Assembly: GCA_015486075.1 (NCBI GenBank)
Contig: WFSG01000033.1
Coordinates: 61,023-125,022 of the forward strand
Reading direction: 5' to 3'
DNA: 64,000 nucleotides
Source of the DNA: Deltaproteobacteria bacterium
GTDB taxonomy: Bacteria > Desulfobacterota > Desulfomonilia > UBA1062
Shown: piece by piece, positions 1 to 9,944 of the stretch
Layout of the letters: the number at the start of each line of letters is the position of its first letter
How positions within the stretch are numbered: the first letter of the stretch is position 1
The notes under the pieces: model-generated
Database searches by the model: none
The model's input: the letters and a program-made list of their open reading frames with translations, nothing else
What the model was told of the DNA's origin: nothing
Position numbers and translations under genes: made by a program

Positions 1-1
1 G

Positions 2-682
2 AGGAGCGATATAACTAGGTGGTTCAACTACCCTGAGTCCAGAGTTCACCTAGTGCCCAATGGCATAGACGAGAAAAAGTTTTCACCTGTTAACGCCAAA
101 TACAGAGATGAGGTAAGGATAAGGTATTCTCTTAAGAATGATGACTTTATATTTCTCTTTGTTGCCAACAATCCTTTCTTAAAGGGTTTTGGTTCTCTAG
201 TGAATGCCTGCAGGGATCTTGAAGACATGCGCTACAGGGTACTCGTCCTAGGTAGTAGCACTAATATTGCAAGGATGAAGGCCAAGCTGAAAGGGCTTTC
301 CAGGAGATTTATTTTCGGTGGGAAGGTTGAAGACATGGAACGTGTATACCCTGCATGCGACTGCCTAGTTCACCCCACGTATTACGATGCATGTTCCCTA
401 ACAGTCCTAGAGGCCTTGGCATCTGGTATACCTGTTATAACGACTGATTCGAACGGAGCAGCCATGTATATCAGAGAGGACAATGGTTTTGTGATACCTT
501 CGGCAGACCCCCTTGCATTGGCCTCGGCCATGAGAAGGGTATACGAATCCACTCCTAGGCCTGCTGAAGGTAGCACTCCGGTTTTCAGATCACAAGAGGA
601 TGTGTTCGCAGACGTAGACAGGATTATTAAAAATTGTTACAGGAAACTATGTATTATGCATGGAGAAGGGGATGATGTATAA
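2..682 (+). CDS. Glycosyltransferase family 4 (WaaG/RfaG-like), 5'-truncated by window edge
   Basis: Frame is open from position 2 (RSDITRWFNYPESRVHLVPNG...). Contains the GT4 C-terminal motifs HPTYYDACSLTVLEALASGIPVITT. Confidence 0.9.
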   Translation, partial: RSDITRWFNYPESRVHLVPNGIDEKKFSPVNAKYRDEVRIRYSLKNDDFIFLFVANNPFLKGFGSLVNACRDLEDMRYRVLVLGSSTNIARMKAKLKGLSRRFIFGGKVEDMERVYPACDCLVHPTYYDACSLTVLEALASGIPVITTDSNGAAMYIREDNGFVIPSADPLALASAMRRVYESTPRPAEGSTPVFRSQEDVFADVDRIIKNCYRKLCIMHGEGDDV

Positions 683-1328
683 GATACTTATCCAGGACCT
701 GTACTACGACATGATAAGAAGAAAGGTGAATTCTTCATACAGGGCCTTTCTGAGGCTGTTCATAAATGCAAGAAATAAGCTTGTATTCAGGCAATACGGT
801 AACCATGTGCATTGGGATCCAGGCGTTATCTTTGAATCACCTTACAATATATCAATAGGGGACAGGTGCAGGATAAAAAAAGGTGTAGAGATGTATGCCA
901 AGCCATGGGGAGATGACAGGGGAAAGATAACCCTCCGCATAGGTAACCGTGTGTCTATAAACTCGGGTACGTTTATAAATGCCCATAATTACATTGAGAT
1001 AGGTGATGGCACATTGATAGGGAAAAATGTAATTTTATCTGATACAAAGCATAACTTCGAGGATCCCGATAAGTCAATTAAAGATAATCCCGTAAGCCTT
1101 GAAGCGCCTATTATTATTGGTAAGGGTTGTGGTATCGGTTTTAATGCCTTCATCTTTCCTGGATTAACGATAGGGAATCATGCATTCGTAGGTGCTAATT
1201 CTGTGGTAACAAGGGATTTGCCTGCGTATAGTGTGGCTGGAGGGAATCCTGCAAAGATATTGAGGATATATGACTTTGATAGAAAGATATGGATAAGATA
1301 CGGTTCAAAGAATGAAGGCGAAAGATAG
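672..1328 (+). CDS. Hexapeptide-repeat (LbH) acyltransferase, paralog 1
   Basis: IGDRCRI/IGNRVSI/IGDGTLI/IGKGCGI hexapeptide repeats and GANSVV...AGGNPAKI tail. Start moved to ATG 672 behind GGAG. Confidence 0.9.
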   Translation: MMYKILIQDLYYDMIRRKVNSSYRAFLRLFINARNKLVFRQYGNHVHWDPGVIFESPYNISIGDRCRIKKGVEMYAKPWGDDRGKITLRIGNRVSINSGTFINAHNYIEIGDGTLIGKNVILSDTKHNFEDPDKSIKDNPVSLEAPIIIGKGCGIGFNAFIFPGLTIGNHAFVGANSVVTRDLPAYSVAGGNPAKILRIYDFDRKIWIRYGSKNEGER

Positions 1329-1894
1329 TGATTTTATTTACCCCATTGATGAACGTATTTCTTAATATACGGTTGTGCGAGTACGGTAGGCATAATCTTG
1401 TGGATTTCGGTGTTAAAATAGTACATCCAGAGTATGTATCTATCGGGGATAACGTAGTGATTCACAAGGACACGCTCATACACGTGGCAGCGAAGGAGAA
1501 GGTCAAGGGCAAGCCTATTGTAAAGATTGGTAACAGGGTTCATCTAGGGTTCAGGTGTTGGATTGCTGCCAGGCTGGACATAACAATAGAAGATGACGTA
1601 GGCATTGCATCCAACGTCACCATACAAGATTATATACATTCCTATGAGGATATTACCAGACCAATAAAGGACCAGCCCCTTACTGGGGAGGCGCCCATAC
1701 GTATTGGAAAGGGGTCAGTGCTTGGTGCTAATGTTATGGTACTACCCGGTGTCACAATTGGGGAACACTGCATGGTAGGTGGAAATAGCGTGGTGACAAG
1801 GGACGTTCCACCTTATTCCGTTGTCGTTGGGAACCCAGCACGTGTTGTAAAGATGTACAACATGGAGTCTGGAAAGTGGGTAATGGTTGAATAA
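1328..1894 (+). CDS. Hexapeptide-repeat (LbH) acyltransferase, paralog 2
   Basis: Hexapeptide repeats, GGNSVVTRDVPPYSVVVGNPARVV. GTG start overlaps the upstream stop. Confidence 0.9.
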   Translation: MILFTPLMNVFLNIRLCEYGRHNLVDFGVKIVHPEYVSIGDNVVIHKDTLIHVAAKEKVKGKPIVKIGNRVHLGFRCWIAARLDITIEDDVGIASNVTIQDYIHSYEDITRPIKDQPLTGEAPIRIGKGSVLGANVMVLPGVTIGEHCMVGGNSVVTRDVPPYSVVVGNPARVVKMYNMESGKWVMVE

Positions 1895-2547
1895 TGTTTA
1901 AGACATGGCTACGGATAAGAAGACTATACTCGTGCGGAAGAAAGATTAATATAGCCTCTACAGCACAAATCAGGGGTGGAAAGTACGTGTCAGTAGGGAG
2001 CAGGGTCTCAATCGGCTCAGGGGTCAGGATCGTGGTGCCTTCTTCTGTGCGGATCAGAGAGAATAATATATCAAAAGAGATAATACGTATCGGTGATGAC
2101 GTGGACATAATGGACATGTGCGGGCTCTATATTGTAGCAGGGGCTAAAGGTAGCCATATAACTGATGGACCAATGATAGAGATCGGTGACAGGGTGAGCC
2201 TATTCCACTTTATCAGGATAACATGTGCAGCAAAGGTCAGCATAGGCAGTGAAACTGCTTTGGGTTCAAACTCCGTTATCATGGACCACAACCATGCATA
2301 TGAAGATATAGCAAGACCGATAAGAGACCAAGGAATCGACAAGATAGTACCAGTAAGCATAGGTAAGGGGTGCTGGGGCGGTGTAAATTGCGTCTATCTC
2401 AGCGGTACAAGAATAGGTGACGGTTGTGTGATAGGTGCAAATTCCATCGTGAGGGGAGAATTCCCATCACATTCACTGATAGCAGGCGCTCCAGCACGGG
2501 TGCTGAAAATCTATGATCCTGGTAAGGGTAAATGGGTAAAGGCATGA
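1894..2547 (+). CDS. Hexapeptide-repeat (LbH) acyltransferase, paralog 3
   Basis: Hexapeptide repeats, GANSIVRGEFPSHSLIAGAPARVL. TAATG coupling. Confidence 0.9.
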   Translation: MFKTWLRIRRLYSCGRKINIASTAQIRGGKYVSVGSRVSIGSGVRIVVPSSVRIRENNISKEIIRIGDDVDIMDMCGLYIVAGAKGSHITDGPMIEIGDRVSLFHFIRITCAAKVSIGSETALGSNSVIMDHNHAYEDIARPIRDQGIDKIVPVSIGKGCWGGVNCVYLSGTRIGDGCVIGANSIVRGEFPSHSLIAGAPARVLKIYDPGKGKWVKA

Positions 2548-3551
2548 GCCTAAGTATGCTTGCCCTGATACAGGGGTTTAATGTTGCAAGCAGCAGGTAC
2601 AGGATACTTGAGTACCTGACGTATCTGCGGGACCATGGTATTGATGCAGAAGTGAGACCTCTACCCTCGTCTGTATCTGAAAAGGTCCAGACTTACTCAA
2701 AGATAAAGGACTTTGACCTGGTTTTTTTGCATAGAAAAAGGTTTTCTTTACCTGAACACATGCTGGTAAGGAAGCTCGCAAGTAAAATCATCTATGACTT
2801 TGACGACGCCATAATGTACCATAACTCCACCTATTCATCACCATATTCAAGCACTCGCGCCAGGCGTTTTGTACGTACCATAAGGGATGCAGACCATGTG
2901 ATTGCAGGTAACACGTTTCTTAGGGATAAGTGCCTTCAACATGTGGACGAACACAAGGTTACTGTTATTCCAAGTTCTGTCGACCTGGCCCGTTACAGGC
3001 TAAAGGATTATTCTATTACAGATAGAAAGGTAACAATAGGCTGGATAGGGGATACTGGTAGCCTGCATTACGTGGAGAAGATGGTGCCTGTATTCGATGC
3101 TATTCATGAGAGGTATCCGTATACCGAGCTAAAAATTATATGCTCGCATTTCTTTGATTGCAGGAATATGCCCGTTGTAAAGGTACCCTGGTCATCCGAG
3201 ACAGAGGTGGATGAACTGAGGACCATGGACATAGGAATAATGCCTCTTATAGATGATCCGTGGTCATGGGGTAAATGCGGGCTCAAGATAATTCAGTACC
3301 AGGCAGTGGGCCTGCCTGTAGTCTGCATGCCTGTAGGAGTTAACAGGGACATAGTCTCAGATGGCATAAACGGACTGTGGGCAAAGGACAACAAGCAATG
3401 GCTGGAAACACTTTCCTTCCTTGTTGAGCGGCCAGACAAGAGAAAAGAGATGGGGCTTGAGGGGAGAAAGGTAATAGAGAGGGAATACTCTTTAGATGTC
3501 AATGCCAGACGCTTGTTATCTGTAATAGAAGCTGTGGTGCGGGCCAGCTAA
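2544..3551 (+). CDS. Glycosyltransferase family 4
   Basis: GT-B C-terminal motif GKCGLKIIQYQAVGLPVVCMPVGVN. ATGA overlap at 2544. Confidence 0.88.
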   Translation: MSLSMLALIQGFNVASSRYRILEYLTYLRDHGIDAEVRPLPSSVSEKVQTYSKIKDFDLVFLHRKRFSLPEHMLVRKLASKIIYDFDDAIMYHNSTYSSPYSSTRARRFVRTIRDADHVIAGNTFLRDKCLQHVDEHKVTVIPSSVDLARYRLKDYSITDRKVTIGWIGDTGSLHYVEKMVPVFDAIHERYPYTELKIICSHFFDCRNMPVVKVPWSSETEVDELRTMDIGIMPLIDDPWSWGKCGLKIIQYQAVGLPVVCMPVGVNRDIVSDGINGLWAKDNKQWLETLSFLVERPDKRKEMGLEGRKVIEREYSLDVNARRLLSVIEAVVRAS

Positions 3552-3552
3552 T

Positions 3553-4443
3553 ATGGACGCTAAACCAAGGGTTAGTGTAATCATACCTGTTTATAACGGG
3601 GAGGCCTTTGTAAAGGATGCTGTGGATTCGGTGCTTAACCAGACATACAGAGATTTTGAGCTGATAGTGGTGAACGATGGGTCAGTAGACAACACAGAAG
3701 AGGTATTGAGGCCATACACAGGGATTATCAGGTATATCAGGACAGAGAACAGAGGTGTATCTGCTGCGAGAAATACGGGTATAGAGTTATCAGATGGTGA
3801 CTACGTGGCCTTTCTTGACCAAGACGATATGTTTCATCCCAGGAAACTCGAGGTAACAGTGGATTACCTAGATGCACATCCAGGCATGGCAATGGTATAC
3901 ACGCCTATAGACAGGATGGACGCAGAAGGCACAATACTACCAATGAAGAAGCTGAAAGGCTATTCCGGGGATATATTCCCCAGATTGTTTCTTAAATCCT
4001 TTATTGCCCCATCCATGGCGGTATGCAGGAGGAAAATATTCAGCGAGATAGGGATGTTCTCCGAGGCACTTTCCTCTGAGGGCGAGGACTATGATCTTTT
4101 TTTAAGGATAGCATCAAGGTTTAATGTAGGCTATGTGAATGAGAGCCTGGTTACATACAGGCTCCACCCCGGTAACGTCTCAAAGAGCAAGGAGGAGATA
4201 GCACCTTTCAGGTACGAGCAGGTTCTGAACATTCATGCGCCTCACCTGCTCAGCTATTACAGGCTTGGATGGTGGGTATACAGGAAGAGGATGTCCAAGG
4301 TATTCAGGGAAAAGGCAAGGGTTTATCTGAAACAGGGTAGAGAGGAAGACGCCTTTTCTGCAATAAAGGCATCATTCGGTCTATATCCATTCAGGATGGA
4401 TGTTCTCCTGATGATGATTAGACTGGCTGCCCTAGGGAAATAG
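3553..4443 (+). CDS. Glycosyltransferase family 2
   Basis: VSVIIPVYN, VVNDGS, GVSAARN, FLDQDD, EDYDL motifs. Confidence 0.92.
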   Translation: MDAKPRVSVIIPVYNGEAFVKDAVDSVLNQTYRDFELIVVNDGSVDNTEEVLRPYTGIIRYIRTENRGVSAARNTGIELSDGDYVAFLDQDDMFHPRKLEVTVDYLDAHPGMAMVYTPIDRMDAEGTILPMKKLKGYSGDIFPRLFLKSFIAPSMAVCRRKIFSEIGMFSEALSSEGEDYDLFLRIASRFNVGYVNESLVTYRLHPGNVSKSKEEIAPFRYEQVLNIHAPHLLSYYRLGWWVYRKRMSKVFREKARVYLKQGREEDAFSAIKASFGLYPFRMDVLLMMIRLAALGK

Positions 4444-4448
4444 CTGTC

Positions 4449-5345
4449 ATGGATGTGAGTGTTATTATTCCCGTATACAATGGTGAGAACACAATAGGCA
4501 GGTGCCTTGACTCTGTTCTTTCCCAGACAGGATGCAGTTTTGAGGTTGTAATTGTTGATGATGGTTCCACGGATGGGACACTGGGTATACTTGATCAGTA
4601 TAAGAAAACCGTGGGAGAAGACACGCTTAAGGTGATCCATCAGGATAACAGTGGTGCTGCTGCTGCGAGAAATAGCGGTATATCCATTGCAAAAGGTAGA
4701 TATATAAGTTTTCTGGATGCGGATGACGAGTTTCTTCCCAATCGCCTATCTACATACGTTGACTATATGGAGAAGAGACCTTCAGTCGGTGTTGTATATT
4801 CTGAACCATTAGTGGTTACCGATAGTTTGACATTCCCCTTCTACAAAGGGAGACAGATGCCACAAGGTGACATATTTAGGGATCTTTGTATGCATCTATT
4901 CATTATGTTACCTACTGTCATGTGTCGTAAACAATTACTAAGTGAAATAGGTGGTTTTGATGACCAGTTTGTTATCCTCGAGGACTATGATCTTTGGGTA
5001 AGACTTGCTTTCATAACAGAATTTGGCTACATAGGTAAATATCTCACTAGGGTTAACGTAAGTAATATCAGCCTGTCCTTAGGTGGTCAGCATAAAGCCG
5101 GTCCATACTTTCGGAGGGTTCTGCTGAGGAAGAACAGACAGCTTCTTAAAGAAAGGTTTCTTTTACCTGGGCTGGTGTTCCAAAAACTCTATGCAGATAC
5201 ATACTATGACGAGGGGGTTAATGCATCCAAGGCAGGTGATAGAAAGAAAGAAAAACTCTCATACATCAGGTCATTTACGATGTATCCACTTGACCTAAAG
5301 CCTTTAAAAGCACTCCTATTTGCATTAATGGGAAAGCATCGTTGA
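4449..5345 (+). CDS. Glycosyltransferase family 2
   Basis: VSVIIPVYN, VDDGSTD, AAARN, FLDADD, EDYDLW motifs. Confidence 0.92.
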   Translation: MDVSVIIPVYNGENTIGRCLDSVLSQTGCSFEVVIVDDGSTDGTLGILDQYKKTVGEDTLKVIHQDNSGAAAARNSGISIAKGRYISFLDADDEFLPNRLSTYVDYMEKRPSVGVVYSEPLVVTDSLTFPFYKGRQMPQGDIFRDLCMHLFIMLPTVMCRKQLLSEIGGFDDQFVILEDYDLWVRLAFITEFGYIGKYLTRVNVSNISLSLGGQHKAGPYFRRVLLRKNRQLLKERFLLPGLVFQKLYADTYYDEGVNASKAGDRKKEKLSYIRSFTMYPLDLKPLKALLFALMGKHR

Positions 5346-5352
5346 TTATGTT

Positions 5353-6444
5353 TTACTTAAAGACCCTAGCAAAGAGAATTGTCTCGTTGATTTCAGGCGT
5401 GCAATGCCTCAAGTACAGGTTGTAATCTTTTTCTATATTCTTGATAAGGGTTGGTATCTTTGTAATATCGTCCTTCTTATGGTATATGGATATGGCAAGC
5501 CGTGGCCTGAACCTCTTTATGGTCTTGATAGAACCCTCCAGTGCCTCGGTCTCTGAGCCTTCGATATCCATCTTTATAAAGTCCACCTTGCCTAAATGTT
5601 CGCTTTCCACGAAATCATCCAGAGTTGTAAACTGGATATGCCCCTTTTCTATGTCTTGCTTTACAATCGTGGCAACAGCCCCTATCCCTGCCATGTTATA
5701 TTCTCTAGTCCTATTATAAAGTCCTTTTGTGACTATCTTAACATTGTCGGTACCTATATTATTAGAGATGTTATCCCTCAACAAGCTAATGTTCTTTGGA
5801 AATGGTTCGAATGCATATACCTTTCCAGTATCTCCAACTAGCTTGGAAAACCACAGTGATGTCTCACCACAGAATGCACCTGCATCGATCACGACATCCC
5901 CCTGGTTAGGTTCTATCAGGCCCTTTATCCTATACTGGTTGAAAACCCATGTATCAGCTATTGTAGGTATGTTATTAGTCTTTATGTAGAACCCTCCAAC
6001 GTGGAACACGCCTTTCTTCTTAATTGCCTTTTCCTTGAGCCCTTCAACTGCACCTTTATAGGCTCTTTCTGAGACCGGCGGTGGAAACAATTGTTTTGAT
6101 AGTGGACCAAGGATGCTGTAACTTGCCCTGTAGGACATGTACCAGTCAAATGTTCTCAGAGATTCCAAGTCATTAAGCCATGAATAGGTTCTGTCAAAAG
6201 CTTCGCTATGTTCTATAACCTCTCTTAGCGTGCCAACGGATAGCCATTTTGCAGAGGGTATATAGCGAATCCTCTCGAGCAATTCCTTTCTGTTACGCCT
6301 GCGCTTCCAGTGGCCCATTAGGCCAAAGCTTTTACGGACTTGGTTCCTTCCCTCAACAAAGTGCAAGTAACTTACATGCTCTTGATAGTAATATTTCTCT
6401 ATCTTTTCAAGGCTTTTAGCCAGGATCTCGCATGTATGTGACAT
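5353..6444 (-). CDS. FkbM-family methyltransferase with N-terminal extension
   Basis: VIDAGAFCGE, VYAFEP, VDFIKMDIEGSE...P.LAISIYH motifs. Confidence 0.9.
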   Translation of the reverse strand: MSHTCEILAKSLEKIEKYYYQEHVSYLHFVEGRNQVRKSFGLMGHWKRRRNRKELLERIRYIPSAKWLSVGTLREVIEHSEAFDRTYSWLNDLESLRTFDWYMSYRASYSILGPLSKQLFPPPVSERAYKGAVEGLKEKAIKKKGVFHVGGFYIKTNNIPTIADTWVFNQYRIKGLIEPNQGDVVIDAGAFCGETSLWFSKLVGDTGKVYAFEPFPKNISLLRDNISNNIGTDNVKIVTKGLYNRTREYNMAGIGAVATIVKQDIEKGHIQFTTLDDFVESEHLGKVDFIKMDIEGSETEALEGSIKTIKRFRPRLAISIYHKKDDITKIPTLIKNIEKDYNLYLRHCTPEINETILFARVFK

Positions 6445-6462
6445 TTCACAGACCCTTCTAAA

Positions 6463-7176
6463 TTATAGCTTCTGGCAGGCAATTATTAGGTTGTTACCAC
6501 CGTTTATTATAATATCCGAGTTTGCCTCGTCTATGAGATATTTAGCTCTCTCTTCGGCCCCCCAAAACAGTGTATATGCCTTTATTAGTAGTACAATAGG
6601 CATGAGGAATCTCTGGTTCTTCTTGAATTTTTCCCTGTCGACACTCAATATTCTGAGATTATTAGTCTCAAGGATAAACTTTAATATGGGGTATGTAAGC
6701 GGAGAGTTGTGCATGCCAGAAGTGTCCTTGCCGAAGAACTTTTCAAACCTTTCCATGGTAACCGGTTTTGTGAGGGAACCTGTTATGAGAAACCTGAGCC
6801 TGTGCTCAATGTTTAGATAGTTTGGTGTGGTCAGTACCAGCCTACCTCTCGGTTTTAATACGCGTGCGATTTCCCTTATGGCATTATATGGGTTTTCTGT
6901 GTGTTCTATTCCTTCCACGCACGCAACATAGTCGAATGATCCCGTCTCGTATGGCAGTTCCCTATTCATATCGCAGAATATAGCGTCTATATCGTCTATC
7001 AGCATGTGCTCAGGGTGTATGTCACATGCACTTACATCGAACCCCAGTTCTTTAAGTGATCTAGATAGAGCTCCTGGGCCGCAAGGTATGTCCAGCACTC
7101 TACCTGGCTTTAGCCCCTTGAAACAGGAGACCACCCTCTCATGGACCCCTTTATTTGCAAGTCTTATATCTTGCAT
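6463..7176 (-). CDS. Class I SAM-dependent methyltransferase
   Basis: VLDIPCGPG motif I, FDYVACVEGIEH, RVLKPRGRLVLTTPN. Confidence 0.88.
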   Translation of the reverse strand: MQDIRLANKGVHERVVSCFKGLKPGRVLDIPCGPGALSRSLKELGFDVSACDIHPEHMLIDDIDAIFCDMNRELPYETGSFDYVACVEGIEHTENPYNAIREIARVLKPRGRLVLTTPNYLNIEHRLRFLITGSLTKPVTMERFEKFFGKDTSGMHNSPLTYPILKFILETNNLRILSVDREKFKKNQRFLMPIVLLIKAYTLFWGAEERAKYLIDEANSDIIINGGNNLIIACQKL

Positions 7177-7239
7177 GGTAAATCCAATCTTTTCCCTTGA
7201 TATTAAATTAATACATTGGCTGTTGGCGTTAGGGATGTG

Positions 7240-8958
7240 TTATTTGCTAATCATCGCCTTTTCTATACCGAACTTGCCTTGTTCCCTTTGCATGCCTTGC
7301 CAGAGCTTAATCCCCATTTCCCTGTGCTCGGCAAGTATCTTTTTAAGCATGTGCTCCTCGGTGTTCGGATTTACTGTTATTGCTCTCAATACTACTACCT
7401 TACGGGGTGCGTACCTGGTTGACTCAAGTCTCGTCCTTGATACAAAGGACGTGTCCTTTTGCCTTATGCCCTTGTGGAGTTCTATGTTTAACTCGTTTAA
7501 AACAGAGTTTATTTGTGTTATCTCTTCCCTGTTGGCATGAGGTTTTTTCATCAGGAGATCTAGTCTTCTACCAAGTTCAATGGGTACGAACCTGTAATTC
7601 GTTATGAACAGTTCGGGCTGGTTAAGTAGTTCGAAATATGGATCTTTCAAGATCAAGGAACTCAGTCGTTTTTGTAACCTTGCAGCGTGTTCGAAGATCA
7701 GCTTGTATCCTGTCTTACCAATTATCTTAAGGGCTGCCCAGGGTTTGAGACAGGCAAAAGGCCTGGACCCCTCTATTGTAAAACGACCCTGGTCAACAGA
7801 TCCCTTCCTTATGATGTAGTTGGATGTATGATAAAGGTATCTTGAGTCCTCCGGGTTTTTGAACATGCACATGCCCATGGAATTAGGAGCGTACAGGAGT
7901 TTATGGGCATCCAGCGTTACTGTATCTGCCTTTTCTATGCCCTTTAGCATTTTCTTTACCCTGTCGGTTAGTAAGGCACCGCCGCCCCAGGCTGCATCCA
8001 CGTGATAGTGGGTGTCCAATTCTCTTGCTATCTCTGCAAGCCTGTCAAGCTCATCTATGTTACCTGTCTCAGTGGTTCCAGCTATACCTATCAGCGCTAT
8101 AACCTTAGAAGGCCTTCCCTTCTTCCTGTCTTCCACCTTTATCTTTTCAACCATGTCTAGAAGTTTGTTTATGTCAATCTTGTTTGTGTAAGCTTCAACC
8201 GGTACATAACGTACGCCCTTTTCACCTATACCAAGTATTGTTGCTGCCTTGCATACTGAGTAATGACCGCGCCGCGATACGAGAAAAATACCCTGCCTGT
8301 AACCGTAATAGTCAAGTGCCCTTGCGACACCCTCTTTCCTAACGCCTTTGAACTTGTTTCCATCAGACGGAAACGCCTTTGCCATGGCTAGGGTAAGAGC
8401 GGTGAGGTTTGCCAAGCTTCCGTCCGATGTGATGTTTCCCAGTGCAATACGGTGGTTCTGTATGTTTTTCCTGTAGAATGCGTCTGGCTTGTTGAATATG
8501 AGCTTATGTATCCAGCAAGTAAACTCCCTCTCCACGAAGGAAGAAGCCTTAGCGCTTTCTATCTTTACCTGGTTCTGGTTGAGGCTGACGGATATCATCT
8601 CAAGCAAGATCATGAAATAGGGGATCGCCGATGTCATATGGCCGATGTAGTATGGACTCGAGACCTTTACGGAATGTTTGATTATGTTGTTTTTTATCTC
8701 TTCCAGCACATCCTTTATAAGCTTGGGCTTGCGTGGTATCTCTATGTTGTTAAATATCCTGCCAAGTTCCTCGAGTGATATTGAAGAGTGTATTCCTCCT
8801 TTTTCCTTGAAGAAATCGTGTATCATATCAAGAAGGTGGATCCCAAACTCCACAAACTTGTCTGAAGAATCGGGCATAATAAAGAGCTTTTTCATGTATT
8901 CGGGGGTAGACTTTACTTCCAATGGTGTATAACCTGGATACAGCTTTAAAGAGTCCAT
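7240..8958 (-). CDS. panP: Group II PLP-dependent decarboxylase, probable PanP-type aspartate 1-decarboxylase
   Basis: YIGHMTSA, NQNQVKIES.KA, AGTTETGNID, HVDAAWGG, DAHK (PLP Lys), IEGSRP. Start moved to ATG 8958. Confidence 0.75.
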   Translation of the reverse strand: MDSLKLYPGYTPLEVKSTPEYMKKLFIMPDSSDKFVEFGIHLLDMIHDFFKEKGGIHSSISLEELGRIFNNIEIPRKPKLIKDVLEEIKNNIIKHSVKVSSPYYIGHMTSAIPYFMILLEMISVSLNQNQVKIESAKASSFVEREFTCWIHKLIFNKPDAFYRKNIQNHRIALGNITSDGSLANLTALTLAMAKAFPSDGNKFKGVRKEGVARALDYYGYRQGIFLVSRRGHYSVCKAATILGIGEKGVRYVPVEAYTNKIDINKLLDMVEKIKVEDRKKGRPSKVIALIGIAGTTETGNIDELDRLAEIARELDTHYHVDAAWGGGALLTDRVKKMLKGIEKADTVTLDAHKLLYAPNSMGMCMFKNPEDSRYLYHTSNYIIRKGSVDQGRFTIEGSRPFACLKPWAALKIIGKTGYKLIFEHAARLQKRLSSLILKDPYFELLNQPELFITNYRFVPIELGRRLDLLMKKPHANREEITQINSVLNELNIELHKGIRQKDTSFVSRTRLESTRYAPRKVVVLRAITVNPNTEEHMLKKILAEHREMGIKLWQGMQREQGKFGIEKAMISK

Positions 8959-9011
8959 ATACAAATCCCTTTCTTGCAATCTACCTAGGGTAGTATATAT
9001 ATCATAATGGA

Positions 9012-9887
9012 ATGTTTGGAATAAAGGATAAAAGAGGTAATGGTAAAGAGGGGAGGTTGTATATCGTCCCCACGCCTATAGGTAATTTTGGTGATATAAG
9101 CTTGAGGGCGCTCGAGGTTCTTAAGAAAGTGGACACCATAGCATGTGAAGACTCGAGAAGGACCAGAAAGCTACTCTCCCACTTCAATATTACCAAACCC
9201 CTGATAACATACGAGAAATTCTCGGAAGCCAGGAAGGCGGAACAGATAATAGAGGCCATTAAGACTGGTAGTAAGGTAGCCCTTGTGTGCGATGCCGGTA
9301 TGCCAGGTATAAGTGACCCAGGTTCTATACTGGTATCAAGGGCACGTTCGTATGGTATAAGGGTGGAGGCATTACCGGGTCCAAGCGCCCTTGTGACAGC
9401 CCTTGCAGGATGCGGCTATACTGGTCCCTTTAGGTTCCTTGAGTTTTTTCCTAGGAAAAGATCCTTTCGCATGAGGGAGATTGCAAGGATGGCAGTAAGC
9501 AGAGATCTGGTTGTATTCTACGAGTCCCCAAGAAGAGTTGTGAGTACATTAAAATCCATAAGGGATGTAATAGGTGATCGAGAGGTATGCGTGGCAAGGG
9601 AAGTCTCTAAGCTTTACGAGGAGTACATATCAGGTCCTCTATCCGATGTGATATCAAGGCTGGAGAGAGAACCAGTAAGGGGAGAGATCACGGTTATTGT
9701 GCGGGGAAGTGAACCCATTGATGAGGTAGATGAGTCATTCGTTGCGGAAAAGGCTAGGGAATTAATGGCAAAGGGTTATACAAGGAGGGATATAATAGAT
9801 ATATTAGCCGGCGAGATAGGATATACAAAGACTAAGGTATACGATCTCTTAATTAAAATGGCCGAGCAAGGAGAGAATCAAGGCTAA
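9012..9887 (+). CDS. rsmI: 16S rRNA (cytidine1402-2'-O)-methyltransferase
   Basis: LYIVPTPIGN, ACEDSR, DAGMPGISDPG, FYESPRR, AREVSKLYEE, RGEITV. Confidence 0.95.
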   Translation: MFGIKDKRGNGKEGRLYIVPTPIGNFGDISLRALEVLKKVDTIACEDSRRTRKLLSHFNITKPLITYEKFSEARKAEQIIEAIKTGSKVALVCDAGMPGISDPGSILVSRARSYGIRVEALPGPSALVTALAGCGYTGPFRFLEFFPRKRSFRMREIARMAVSRDLVVFYESPRRVVSTLKSIRDVIGDREVCVAREVSKLYEEYISGPLSDVISRLEREPVRGEITVIVRGSEPIDEVDESFVAEKARELMAKGYTRRDIIDILAGEIGYTKTKVYDLLIKMAEQGENQG

Positions 9888-9912
9888 AGTATATGGTGTA
9901 ACCTGACGATAA
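9885..9912 (+). promoter_or_regulatory. Sigma28 (FliA)-like promoter
   Basis: TAAAG-N15-GACGATAA, 32 nt upstream of ATG 9945. Confidence 0.6.
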
Positions 9913-9944
9913 GATGAATGTAATTCTAACCTGGAGGGAACGAG

